This document shows positions 29,629 to 38,308 of a DNA stretch of 64,000 nucleotides, piece after piece; the stretch's first letter is position 1; each line of letters starts with the position of its first letter. The stretch covers positions 42,926-106,925 of the forward strand of contig JBEBGD010000006.1 in assembly GCA_040081625.1 (NCBI GenBank), read 5' to 3'. The DNA is from Chthoniobacteraceae bacterium (GTDB lineage: Bacteria > Verrucomicrobiota > Verrucomicrobiia > Chthoniobacterales > Chthoniobacteraceae). Made by a program: the position numbers and the translations under genes. The notes beneath the pieces are model-generated. The model was not told where the DNA came from and did not search any database. It saw only the letters and a program-made list of their open reading frames with translations.

Positions 29629-31689
29629 ATGAGCTTCTCTCAGATCGCAACGCCGATTCGCAGTCACTACGGGCACGCGCAGGGCGGCGAACGTAGCGAG
29701 TTTCTCAGCCAGTGCATCGCACATGGACAACTATACCGGCGAGTTGTGACGAAATTCCAAGCCTCTGACCTCGCAACACTCGGTTCAGCGTTCGTTCGGT
29801 TCATCACGAGGGGAGGAAAAGTTCGCCTGCTCGCGCGCTCCCCACTCGGCCGTGCGGAGGCGGATGCAATTCGGCGAGGAAGCGAGTGCCGCGATGAAGT
29901 TCTGCGGCAGTGCCCATTCGAGGAAGAGGCCGCGGCGGATGCGCTTCTCGTGCTGTCATCGCTCGTCGCGCGCGGAGGGCTGACCATTCGCGTGTTGAAC
30001 AGCGAGAGCGCCCCAGCCGAGTCGGCGGGCATCTTCACGGATGCTGTGGGCGAGCACATCGTCGTTCGTTCGGAGCACAGCGCGACGGCCGGACTGTTCG
30101 ATCAGAACGGCGGATTGGACGTGATGTGGTCGTGGGGTGACCCGCGGCGCAGAGCTGCACAGGAAGTCGAACGCTTCGACCATGCTTGGAGCGTGGGACA
30201 ACTCGACGTGGACCAGATTCCGCCGACCGATGCGCGACCGCCGATACCGCTCAGTAAAGAACCGGAGGAAAGCTGCCGAGTGGCTGAAGACCCGCCGAAT
30301 GCAACCAGGCCAACCAGTGCCGAGTTCGCCATTCCGCCGGACATCGAGGTTCGCGATTACCAAAAGGACGCGATGCGCGCATGGCTGGATGCAGGCGGTC
30401 GCGGCATCCTCGCGATGGCGACGGGGGCGGGGAAAACGCTCACAGCGCTCTGTCTCGCGTGCAAGGTCGCGGAGCAGAACAAGCCGCTCGTCATCGTCGT
30501 GGTGTGCCCGTTCCTGAATCTCGCGACGCAGTGGATTCGTGAAATGGCGCGCTTCGGATTGAACCCGATCTCTTGCTTCTACAGCCGCGAGCGGTGGGAG
30601 CGCCCGCTTCAGGAGGCTTACCAACGCGTATCGAGTGGCCTCATGCCGTGCATGTCGGTCGTGGTCAGCAATGCCACGTTCCTCTCGCCGACGTTCCAGG
30701 CGGCGCTTCGCCCATCGCTCGCGCAGCACCTCCTCATCGCCGACGAAGTTCACAACCTCGGTGCAAAGCACCTCAAGAGCGTCCTACCGCAAGGAATCTC
30801 CATGCGTCTCGGACTCTCCGCCACACCCGACCGCCACGGCGACGCCGAGGGCACTCGCGCAATTTTCGACTACTTCGGCGATGTCGTTTTCGAGTTCGGC
30901 ATCGAGCGGGCCATCAAGGAGGAAGTGCTCGTCCCCTATCGGTATCATCCGGTGCTCGTCGATCTGACTGACGACGAGGCGGGCACTTACCGCGAGCTGA
31001 CGGAAAGAATCGCGCGCCTGTGGTCGCGGGCGGAGGACGAGGACGATTCGGATCAGCTCAAGATGCTTCTCATCAAGCGCGCACGCCTCCTCGCATCCGC
31101 CGCGAACAAATTGCCGGCGCTCACCGCAGTGCTGCGCGCGATTGGCGAGCCGATTGAAAAGGCCATCGTCTATTGCGGAGACGGCACCGTCGAATGTCCG
31201 GCGACCGCCGAGTTGGATCGCCAGATCATCGCCGTCACCCGCCTGCTCGGCGAAAAGCACGCGTTGAAAGTGCGGAAGTTCACCTGCGACGAAAGCGCCG
31301 AGGAGCGTGAGGAAATCCTGACTGCGCTACGCGGCGGAAGTTTGAACGCTGTCGTCGCGATTCGCTGTCTCGACGAGGGCATTGATGTGCCCGACGTGCG
31401 GCTCGGATTCCTCCTCGCCAGTTCCACGAACCCTCGGCAGTTCATCCAGCGCAGAGGCCGGCTTCTGCGCCGCGCTCCGGGCAAAGCGAGGGCTGTGATC
31501 TACGACTTCATCGTGCGTCCGCCCGACTTCGGCGGCGACGCCGACGCCGGATCGTTCAGCCTCGAACGCCGGATGTTTCGCCGTGAGTTGGAGCGCATCC
31601 TCGAATTCTGCCGCACCGCTGAAAACGGCCCGGTCGCGTTGCAGCAACTCCAAGATTTGCGCGTCTCCTACAATTTGCTCGCACACTGA
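29629..31689 (+). CDS. SF2 helicase of the PT-system restriction enzyme type, PbeA-like copy 2, with degenerate PLD domain
   Basis: RDYQKDA, MATGAGKT, IADEVHNLG, GLSATP, CLDEGIDVP, NPRQFIQRRGRLLR; remnant GIFTD..G..DVMWSW..F..W. Confidence 0.88.
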   Translation: MSFSQIATPIRSHYGHAQGGERSEFLSQCIAHGQLYRRVVTKFQASDLATLGSAFVRFITRGGKVRLLARSPLGRAEADAIRRGSECRDEVLRQCPFEEEAAADALLVLSSLVARGGLTIRVLNSESAPAESAGIFTDAVGEHIVVRSEHSATAGLFDQNGGLDVMWSWGDPRRRAAQEVERFDHAWSVGQLDVDQIPPTDARPPIPLSKEPEESCRVAEDPPNATRPTSAEFAIPPDIEVRDYQKDAMRAWLDAGGRGILAMATGAGKTLTALCLACKVAEQNKPLVIVVVCPFLNLATQWIREMARFGLNPISCFYSRERWERPLQEAYQRVSSGLMPCMSVVVSNATFLSPTFQAALRPSLAQHLLIADEVHNLGAKHLKSVLPQGISMRLGLSATPDRHGDAEGTRAIFDYFGDVVFEFGIERAIKEEVLVPYRYHPVLVDLTDDEAGTYRELTERIARLWSRAEDEDDSDQLKMLLIKRARLLASAANKLPALTAVLRAIGEPIEKAIVYCGDGTVECPATAELDRQIIAVTRLLGEKHALKVRKFTCDESAEEREEILTALRGGSLNAVVAIRCLDEGIDVPDVRLGFLLASSTNPRQFIQRRGRLLRRAPGKARAVIYDFIVRPPDFGGDADAGSFSLERRMFRRELERILEFCRTAENGPVALQQLQDLRVSYNLLAH

Positions 31690-31701
31690 TCCACGGACGG
31701 A

Positions 31702-31873
31702 GGGTGCAGGCCGGGGTGCAAGGAGGGTGCAGATTTATGTGGCCAATTCGCGTTCTTCATGTCCCGTTGGAGGTGCGTTCCTCAACAGAATGCTGACTCA
31801 GGTCACCGCGACCAAAATGGCGTGGCCGACAAAAACCGAGTCAACCGAAAACATATCAGAGCGAGGCTGCACC
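31702..31873. repeat. Three direct GGGTGCA repeats and one inverted TGCACC
   Basis: Copies at 31702, 31714 and 31725; inverted core near 31868. Confidence 0.5.
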
Positions 31874-31901
31874 TTTTTGGGCGGCGATAGCATCCACACA
31901 T

Positions 31902-32405
31902 ATGAACGACAGCTCAATGAATGAGCGCTACGAAGTTATCGAAGCGCTTCAGGAACTTCGTGGTCGCCACGAAGTTGGAACATACGGTTACGAACGGGCA
32001 GACCACGCCATCGGCATGGCGCTGAGTCGCGGTAGAAAAACGAGTCGTTACCTCATGAACGACGTCCTGCGGGATGCGGGTCGCGTTTTGCGGCGACGTT
32101 GGGAGTCTCAGGAAGACAAATTCGTGTCGTTGGACGCAGACCCGGAGGGCAATCACGACGGCGTCCTTTCGGAAAGCCTCTGCTCGCCAGCACCAAGTCC
32201 CCTCGAACTTCTCCTGGTCGATGAACTGATTCGCCAGATTCGCGTGCGTCTCACCGACATGCCTCTCGCGATGGCAGTCTTCGACGGGCTCCTGGACGGC
32301 GATTCCATCTCGGAGATCGCCACGGCCAACAAAATCTCACTCAGCTACGCCAAGGTCTTGCGCACCCGTGTTCGGACCGCGGCGGAATTCGCCATCCTCA
32401 ACTAG
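31902..32405 (+). CDS. ECF sigma-like / sigma region-4 HTH protein
   Basis: VSLDA linker, SPLELL, C-terminal GDSISEIATANKISLSYAK HTH; start may be 31917. Confidence 0.6.
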   Translation: MNDSSMNERYEVIEALQELRGRHEVGTYGYERADHAIGMALSRGRKTSRYLMNDVLRDAGRVLRRRWESQEDKFVSLDADPEGNHDGVLSESLCSPAPSPLELLLVDELIRQIRVRLTDMPLAMAVFDGLLDGDSISEIATANKISLSYAKVLRTRVRTAAEFAILN

Positions 32406-32440
32406 CAACCCACTCAACACCTCGAACCAAAACACAAAAC

Positions 32441-34174
32441 ATGTCCACAGCCTCAACTCGCATCCCACTTATTCGCACCGGCCAGGCACTGCAATCGCTC
32501 CGGGATTCCGGGCACAGCCTGCCCACCGCGCTCGGAGAACCGATCGACAACAGTATCGAAGCGGGCGCTAACATCATCCACGTTCGGCTCGACGACACTC
32601 CGGGGCAACGCGGCAAGCGCCATGTCCACCGCATCGCCATCGCCGACGATGGCAGCGGAATGGACCGGCAAACTCTCCACCAATACCTGGTTCTTGGCTT
32701 CTCCACTCGCTACATGCGGACGGATACGATCGGGAAATATGGTGTCGGTGCAAAACTCGCCGCCCTGAATTTTGCATGTCGTTTCGATGTCTGGAGTAGG
32801 CAGTCCCCTTCCGAGCCCTGGCTGCATGTCTATTTTGACCTGACAGAGGCCCTCGAAGCAGAAAAGGCAGGCCAAGAAGTCGGCGTCGAGAGTCCCGTTG
32901 CGGAGGCGGTTCCAGAAGACCTGCAGGATCTCCTGCCGACTGAGAGCGGAACGTTGGTAGTGTGGTCAAAGGTGGACCGCTTGGAGGAAGGCAGACTGGC
33001 CCCCAGCTTCGATCTGCTGCGTGTGGAGGTCGAACGGGAGTTGTCGCGGATCTTTCGCTACTTCATCAACGGCGGGATCAAGCTGCTCGTGAACGGACGC
33101 GAATTGCTCGCTCATGACCCGCTTTTCCTCATGGAAAATACTTGGGCAGACGAAGTCATGACGAAGGCCCTGGCGCGGGAGCTGGAGGACGATGCACGCC
33201 AAAAGCGTCGGCGGCACTTTGCCGCCACCGTGATTCTCAACGATGAGCCGATCAAGATTGGCGATAGCAACGCCAAGGTAACCGTCACTCTCTATCCGAA
33301 GGAGGTAATCCGTAAGCGCGGGCAAGGTGGCGACGCACTGGCGAAGGATCTCCGGATTCCGGACAATCAGGGATGCATCAGCTTCATCCGGCTGAACAGA
33401 GAAGTGTCCTACACGAACGTCCCTCGCATTTTCGGACGTAGCGTTGATGACCCCGACCGCTTCATCGGGATTCAAGTGGCATTTGACCCAACCTTGGACG
33501 CGTTCTTCGGTGTCCGAAACGTCAAGCGCGGAGTGGAACCTCACGGCGAACTTCGCGAACAGCTCAGCAAGCTTCTCAAGCGCTATCTGAAGACTGCGCG
33601 CGACATGATTGAAGACATCTGGGGAGCCGCGGCAAAGGAAGATGAAACGAACCATGGCGAGCATACCGCAGTGACCGCGGCGGCGAAAAATGCTGACCGC
33701 ATGATGCCAAAGGGTCGCGCAAAAGGCCCAGCCTCCGCTGAAGGCGAAGCTCGGATTCTTGATGATCTTGCCACGGACGTCGTGGGAAACGACGAGGAGG
33801 CGAAAAAGAAATACATCGAGAAAATCCGGGATCTTCCCTTCGTCTTGGAGTCAGTCGATTGGCCAGGAACCAACTTCATCGACATCAAGCATCTGGCTAA
33901 AATGGTGATCATCCGCTTGAACACTCGGCATCGCTTCTACCGCGAAATGTGGGAGCCCACCAAAGAGATTGCGACTCGCGGGGCCGGCGGCATCACCGTC
34001 GAGGAGGCCGTTAAAGCGTCGCGTCGCACCATCGAAGCGCTGGAGCTTCTCGTGATCGCGTTCGGCAAGGCGCAGTCGATGGACGAGAATCCTGACGAGC
34101 GTTACTCGGACCTCACACCGTATTGGGGACAGTTCCTCGACACCCTCATGGGCAGAATCAAAGGGCTCATCTAG
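32441..34174 (+). CDS. MORC-type GHKL ATPase (HATPase_c_3)
   Basis: LRDSGH, EPIDNSIEAGA, DDGSGM, GKYGVGAK, GTLVVW. Confidence 0.85.
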   Translation: MSTASTRIPLIRTGQALQSLRDSGHSLPTALGEPIDNSIEAGANIIHVRLDDTPGQRGKRHVHRIAIADDGSGMDRQTLHQYLVLGFSTRYMRTDTIGKYGVGAKLAALNFACRFDVWSRQSPSEPWLHVYFDLTEALEAEKAGQEVGVESPVAEAVPEDLQDLLPTESGTLVVWSKVDRLEEGRLAPSFDLLRVEVERELSRIFRYFINGGIKLLVNGRELLAHDPLFLMENTWADEVMTKALARELEDDARQKRRRHFAATVILNDEPIKIGDSNAKVTVTLYPKEVIRKRGQGGDALAKDLRIPDNQGCISFIRLNREVSYTNVPRIFGRSVDDPDRFIGIQVAFDPTLDAFFGVRNVKRGVEPHGELREQLSKLLKRYLKTARDMIEDIWGAAAKEDETNHGEHTAVTAAAKNADRMMPKGRAKGPASAEGEARILDDLATDVVGNDEEAKKKYIEKIRDLPFVLESVDWPGTNFIDIKHLAKMVIIRLNTRHRFYREMWEPTKEIATRGAGGITVEEAVKASRRTIEALELLVIAFGKAQSMDENPDERYSDLTPYWGQFLDTLMGRIKGLI

Positions 34175-34187
34175 GCCCGAACGTCGA

Positions 34188-34220
34188 GTGCCCTTTTGCG
34201 GTGAAATCGCGAGGGGGCAC
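34188..34220 (+). terminator. Stem-loop after the GHKL ATPase gene (possible terminator)
   Basis: GTGCCCTTTTGCG-N7-CGCGAGGGGGCAC pairs with G-U wobbles; no U-tract follows. Confidence 0.35.
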
Positions 34221-34294
34221 CCGCATGTTGCGGCACACTTGCTTGTCCGTCTTTGATAGCGCCAAGTCGCCGACGAACTGTTACACACAACGCC

Positions 34295-34480
34295 GTGGCT
34301 GAAATCACTTCTATACCGACCACCTACACGCGCTCGCAGGAAGCCTTCCTCAAATCCGCCGAGGAAATCCAGCAGCTCGTTCGCAGCGTGCTGCGCGATG
34401 AGCGCGACGTGATGCATCTGCGGCGCCGCCCGGAGATTCACCAGAAGATCCTCGATCACGTAAAACGCATCGTCCGATGA
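34295..34480 (+). CDS. Small helical protein, PbeB-like copy 2
   Basis: 61 aa; stop overlaps the ATPase start (ATGA). Confidence 0.65.
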   Translation: MAEITSIPTTYTRSQEAFLKSAEEIQQLVRSVLRDERDVMHLRRRPEIHQKILDHVKRIVR

Positions 34481-36564
34481 TTCTTGAAAAACTCATCGTC
34501 GAAAACTTCCGCCAGTTCCGCGGACGGCAGGAGATTGTGTTCTCCGACTTGCGCGAGCGGAACGTCACGCTCGTCCACGCGGAGAACGGCTTCGGCAAAA
34601 CGGCGCTGCTCAACGCGCTGCTCTGGGGCTTCTATGGATACGAAGGGCTGACCGACGACGTGGCGCACAAGGAGCGCATCATCCATGAGGCGTCCGCCGT
34701 GCGCGGCGCGCGCGATCCCGAGCGCACCGCCGCGACAGTCACGATTCAATTCCGGCACGAGGGAGTGAAATACACGCTCACCCGCTCGCTCTCGCTCGCC
34801 GTGCAGCTCGTTGATCACAAGAAAACGCTGCTCACGCTCGAAGTCCTCCGCGACGGCCAGACGCTCACGGAAAAAATGCCGCAGGCGAAAATTCAGTCCA
34901 TGATGCCCGACGGCATCAGCCAGTTCCTTTTCTTCAACGGTGAGCGCATTGACCACCTCGCGATGGAGGACAGCGCCCCGCAGGTCACGGACGCGATCCA
35001 GCAGATGCTCGGCCTCAAGTTGATTCGCGCAGCGATTGACGATCTCAAGCACCAGAACGTGCGCGGCAAGCTCCGCAGCGATTTGCGCGATTGCACGAGC
35101 GATGAAAAAGCGGCGCTCCTCGATGAGCAGACGCGCGTGGATGAGCAGGTCACGCAACTCACCGAGAAACGGTCGCTGACGCACAGGAATCTCGCCGCCA
35201 TCGAGGACGACCTCCAGAAAATCAACGCCAAGCTCGAAGCGAATCGTGCCGCGCACGAACTCCAGGCGAAGCGCGAAGCCCTCGAAAAGCAGCAGCGCGA
35301 ACTCATCGAACGCGAGGCCACTGTCACGAAGCGCCTCGGCCAGCTCGTCGCGGAGGACGGCTACACGCTGTTCGCCGAGGGCCTCGTCCAGCGCGGGCGC
35401 GAGATCATGACGCGCTTGCGCTCGGAAAACAAAATCCCGGCGCGAGTGCTGAACACTTTCCTTCACGAGTTGCTCGAACGCGGACGCTGCATTTGCAAGC
35501 GCCACCTCGACGCCGGCACCGATGAGCGCGCGGCCGTCGAGGAACTGCTCACCATCGCCGGCGACCAGCATTTCAACAACGCCGTCGGTTCCCTCGACAA
35601 CGCCATCGGCGTCATCGAGGGCGTCCTTCAGCGCACGCGCGAAAATCTCCAGGACGCCAACCGCGAACGCCTCAAAGCCCGCGAGGAACTCGTCATCATC
35701 GGCGAGACGCTGGACGACATTCACCAAAAGCTCGGCAGCAAGGAGGACGAGGAAGTCCACAAGCTCGAAGACACGCGTCACAAGCTCCAGCTCCAGCGCG
35801 ACGAAGCGATCTCCGAACTCGGCCGCATTGACGGCAAACTTCAGGAACTCGCCGCCGAACGCGACCGGCTCCGCGACGCTATCCAGCGCATCGAGGACAA
35901 CGAGGAAGCCGCAAAGCGCGCCCAGCGGCGGCTCGATTCCGCCGAGGAAAGCATTGCGCTGCTCGAACGCATCTTAGCCTTCGAAATCGAAGACCTGCGC
36001 CCGATCCTCAACGAAGAAATCAACCGCCACTTCAAGAAGATCATTGATCGCGGCTATTGGGCGGAGCTGTCCGAAGATTTCGTCCTCTCCATCCGCAAGA
36101 GCGTCAGCGTGGACGAAGGCGAAAACGACCATGTGCTCGACGTGGCGCAGAGCACCGGCCAGCGCCAGGTCACTTCGCTCGTCTTCATCGCCAGCCTCGT
36201 CTCACTCGCCCGGCGTCGCGCGGAGATCCCTACGATTTTGAAGGGCATCACCGGTGCCGAGTATCCGATGGTCATGGACTCTCCATTCGGCCAGTTGAGC
36301 ACGCGATTTCGAGAAGGTGTCTCCCGCTGGATTCCAGACCTCGCGCCGCAAGTCGTCATCTTTGCCAGCAGCACTCAATACGAGGGCGCGGTCGCCGGCG
36401 TCCTCCGCGAATCCAAGCGCGTCGGCAAACGCTACTACCTCAGCTACCACGGGCCGCACCTTCAGCCCGACGCCCGCCAGGAACTCGTCGTCGAAGGCCA
36501 GCACCTCGAGCAGTATTTCGAGTCGCCGGAGGAATACACCGAGATCATCGAGGTCGAAGCATGA
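34477..36564 (+). CDS. Rad50/DndD-like ATPase with CxC hook, PbeC-like copy 2
   Basis: ENFRQFRG, AENGFGKT, FFNGERI, RCICKR, STGQRQ, VMDSPFGQL. Confidence 0.88.
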   Translation: MILEKLIVENFRQFRGRQEIVFSDLRERNVTLVHAENGFGKTALLNALLWGFYGYEGLTDDVAHKERIIHEASAVRGARDPERTAATVTIQFRHEGVKYTLTRSLSLAVQLVDHKKTLLTLEVLRDGQTLTEKMPQAKIQSMMPDGISQFLFFNGERIDHLAMEDSAPQVTDAIQQMLGLKLIRAAIDDLKHQNVRGKLRSDLRDCTSDEKAALLDEQTRVDEQVTQLTEKRSLTHRNLAAIEDDLQKINAKLEANRAAHELQAKREALEKQQRELIEREATVTKRLGQLVAEDGYTLFAEGLVQRGREIMTRLRSENKIPARVLNTFLHELLERGRCICKRHLDAGTDERAAVEELLTIAGDQHFNNAVGSLDNAIGVIEGVLQRTRENLQDANRERLKAREELVIIGETLDDIHQKLGSKEDEEVHKLEDTRHKLQLQRDEAISELGRIDGKLQELAAERDRLRDAIQRIEDNEEAAKRAQRRLDSAEESIALLERILAFEIEDLRPILNEEINRHFKKIIDRGYWAELSEDFVLSIRKSVSVDEGENDHVLDVAQSTGQRQVTSLVFIASLVSLARRRAEIPTILKGITGAEYPMVMDSPFGQLSTRFREGVSRWIPDLAPQVVIFASSTQYEGAVAGVLRESKRVGKRYYLSYHGPHLQPDARQELVVEGQHLEQYFESPEEYTEIIEVEA

Positions 36565-37004
36565 GACGTATTCAACGCGCATTGGACAAAGAGGAACTGG
36601 TGAAGGAACTCACGAGCGGCGAGACGCCTTGCTTTCGAGAAATCTGGAGGCTGCTCATTTTTGCCGCGACCCTTGGTTTCAAACTCGGACGCCGCGAGGA
36701 ACTCGGCGATACCGATTCTGGAAAAGCTGTTCCTGAAAACTACTTCGCAAACAGCACGGCCTGGCCCGGCCTCCTGTTTCTGTTCGGGTTGGTGGAAAAG
36801 AACGAGACCAACTTGTTGCTGGCCGCAGACGAAGCGGACGATGAACTGGCGAAGATATTCGAGGAATACGCAAACGGCGGGCTCGCCTACTTGAAATCCC
36901 GACTCGCAACGAAAGGCTCCAATCTGCTTTCTATCCTCGATCTCATCGCCGAGGTCACCGCAACTCCACCATCGGCACCGAACCTCAAGGACATCGGGAT
37001 CTGA
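36561..37004 (+). CDS. DNA phosphorothioation-associated protein 4 / PbeD-like copy 2
   Basis: MRRIQRALDKEELVKEL, LIFAATLGF, IFEEYANGGL. Confidence 0.8.
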   Translation: MRRIQRALDKEELVKELTSGETPCFREIWRLLIFAATLGFKLGRREELGDTDSGKAVPENYFANSTAWPGLLFLFGLVEKNETNLLLAADEADDELAKIFEEYANGGLAYLKSRLATKGSNLLSILDLIAEVTATPPSAPNLKDIGI

Positions 37005-37017
37005 ACCGCCACTCGCC

Positions 37018-37899
37018 ATGAAGGACTCAGCTACCAAGCTCCAACACCTCGTTTCGGACATCGTCACATGGAAGAAAGGCGAGCAACGAGCACCCCACAA
37101 ACCGCTGATGTTGCTCCTGGCAATCGGGAGTATTCAGCGCGGGGAACAGCGGCTTCAGTCTTTCGAGGCAGTGGAGCCGGCATTGGTTCGAGCGATGGAA
37201 CTCTTTGGCCCGGCGGGTCGTGTGCCTACGCCTCAGTATCCATTCTGGCGATTGCAGCACGATGATCTCTGGGAAGTGGAAGCCGATGGCCCCATGACGC
37301 TCCGAAAAAGCAGTGACGATCCGACGAAGCGAGCGCTGATCAAAGGCCGCGCACGAGCAGGTTTTCTTACGAATTACTTTGAGCTGCTGCGAGCTGATCG
37401 GAACCTTCAAGCGCTCGTCGTGCATCAAATCCTCGATGCGCATTTCCCTGCGAGTATTCACGAGGATCTCCTCGCGTTCTTCGGCCTATCGGTTGGTGAG
37501 CCGCGAACGGCAGATCATGTCTCCGCCCGCGAGTTCCGCACGAGTGTTCTCAGTGCTTACCAATTTCAATGCGCCGTCAGTCGGTTCTCCGCGCGCTTGG
37601 GCACTGCGGTTCTTGGAGTGGAATCGGCACACATCTGCTGGCCGCAAGCCGGCGGACTGAACGCCGTCGTCAACGGCGTTGCTCTAAGCACACTTCACCG
37701 AAAACTTTTTCACCTCGGCGTTTTCACCATCGACTCGGACTACCGGGTCGTGGTTTCGCCGCGCGCAACTGGCGAAGCGCCTTTCACGGAGACGATGAAG
37801 CGATTCCACGGCCAGAAGATTTCGTTACCCGCGGGCGCGCAAGACAACCCGAGCAAGAAATGCCTGGCATGGCACGCCTCGGAAGTTTTCCGAGGCTGA
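37018..37899 (+). CDS. SBD-HNH phosphorothioate-DNA-binding endonuclease family protein (HNH site looks degenerate)
   Basis: Sulfur-binding-domain motifs RAPHKPL and PQYPFWRL; HNH region ESAHI..NG..STLHRKLFH; ends LAWH. Confidence 0.8.
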   Translation: MKDSATKLQHLVSDIVTWKKGEQRAPHKPLMLLLAIGSIQRGEQRLQSFEAVEPALVRAMELFGPAGRVPTPQYPFWRLQHDDLWEVEADGPMTLRKSSDDPTKRALIKGRARAGFLTNYFELLRADRNLQALVVHQILDAHFPASIHEDLLAFFGLSVGEPRTADHVSAREFRTSVLSAYQFQCAVSRFSARLGTAVLGVESAHICWPQAGGLNAVVNGVALSTLHRKLFHLGVFTIDSDYRVVVSPRATGEAPFTETMKRFHGQKISLPAGAQDNPSKKCLAWHASEVFRG

Positions 37900-37906
37900 G
37901 CGACTC

Positions 37907-38308
37907 TCAATCTTCCGGGCGCTGATTGAACAGCCAGCGTCGGAGAAATCCGTCGATCGTTTTGATGTCCTTGCCCGACGAGAGGTAGCCGAGACCACGG
38001 TGCAGATGAAGCCGCAGACATTGTGCCGCTGCATCCGCATCGGTGCCGAGTCCGTCCTGACGCGCGCGAAGCGCGAGCAGTCCCGCGAAGACATCAGACA
38101 AATCGCCTGCGAACACGCGCCAGCTCATTTCAACGCCACCATCGACCGATGAGGCGGCGTTTGGCGGCGTTGATTTCTCGCGCAGCGAGGTGCAGAGCGC
38201 CCAACGACAAAGAACATTCCAATGCTCAATGCCGGTCTGGCGTTTGAGCTTGATGAGTTGATCGCGTCCAAGCTGCGAGACGCGGATGGTTTCAACAGGC
38301 GGCTTCAT
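37907..38308 (-). CDS. dndE: DNA sulfur modification protein DndE
   Basis: QLIKLKRQTGIEHWNVLCRWALCTSL, LHLHRGLGYL. Confidence 0.93.
   Translation of the reverse strand: MKPPVETIRVSQLGRDQLIKLKRQTGIEHWNVLCRWALCTSLREKSTPPNAASSVDGGVEMSWRVFAGDLSDVFAGLLALRARQDGLGTDADAAAQCLRLHLHRGLGYLSSGKDIKTIDGFLRRWLFNQRPED

Noticed and set aside
25273..36564. Calling the two plus-strand ATPases dndD, or a Wadjet/SbcC system
   Set aside because: The canonical dndD lies between dndC and dndE; these copies have CxC hooks and Pbe-like neighbours; no JetABD or SbcD motifs seen.
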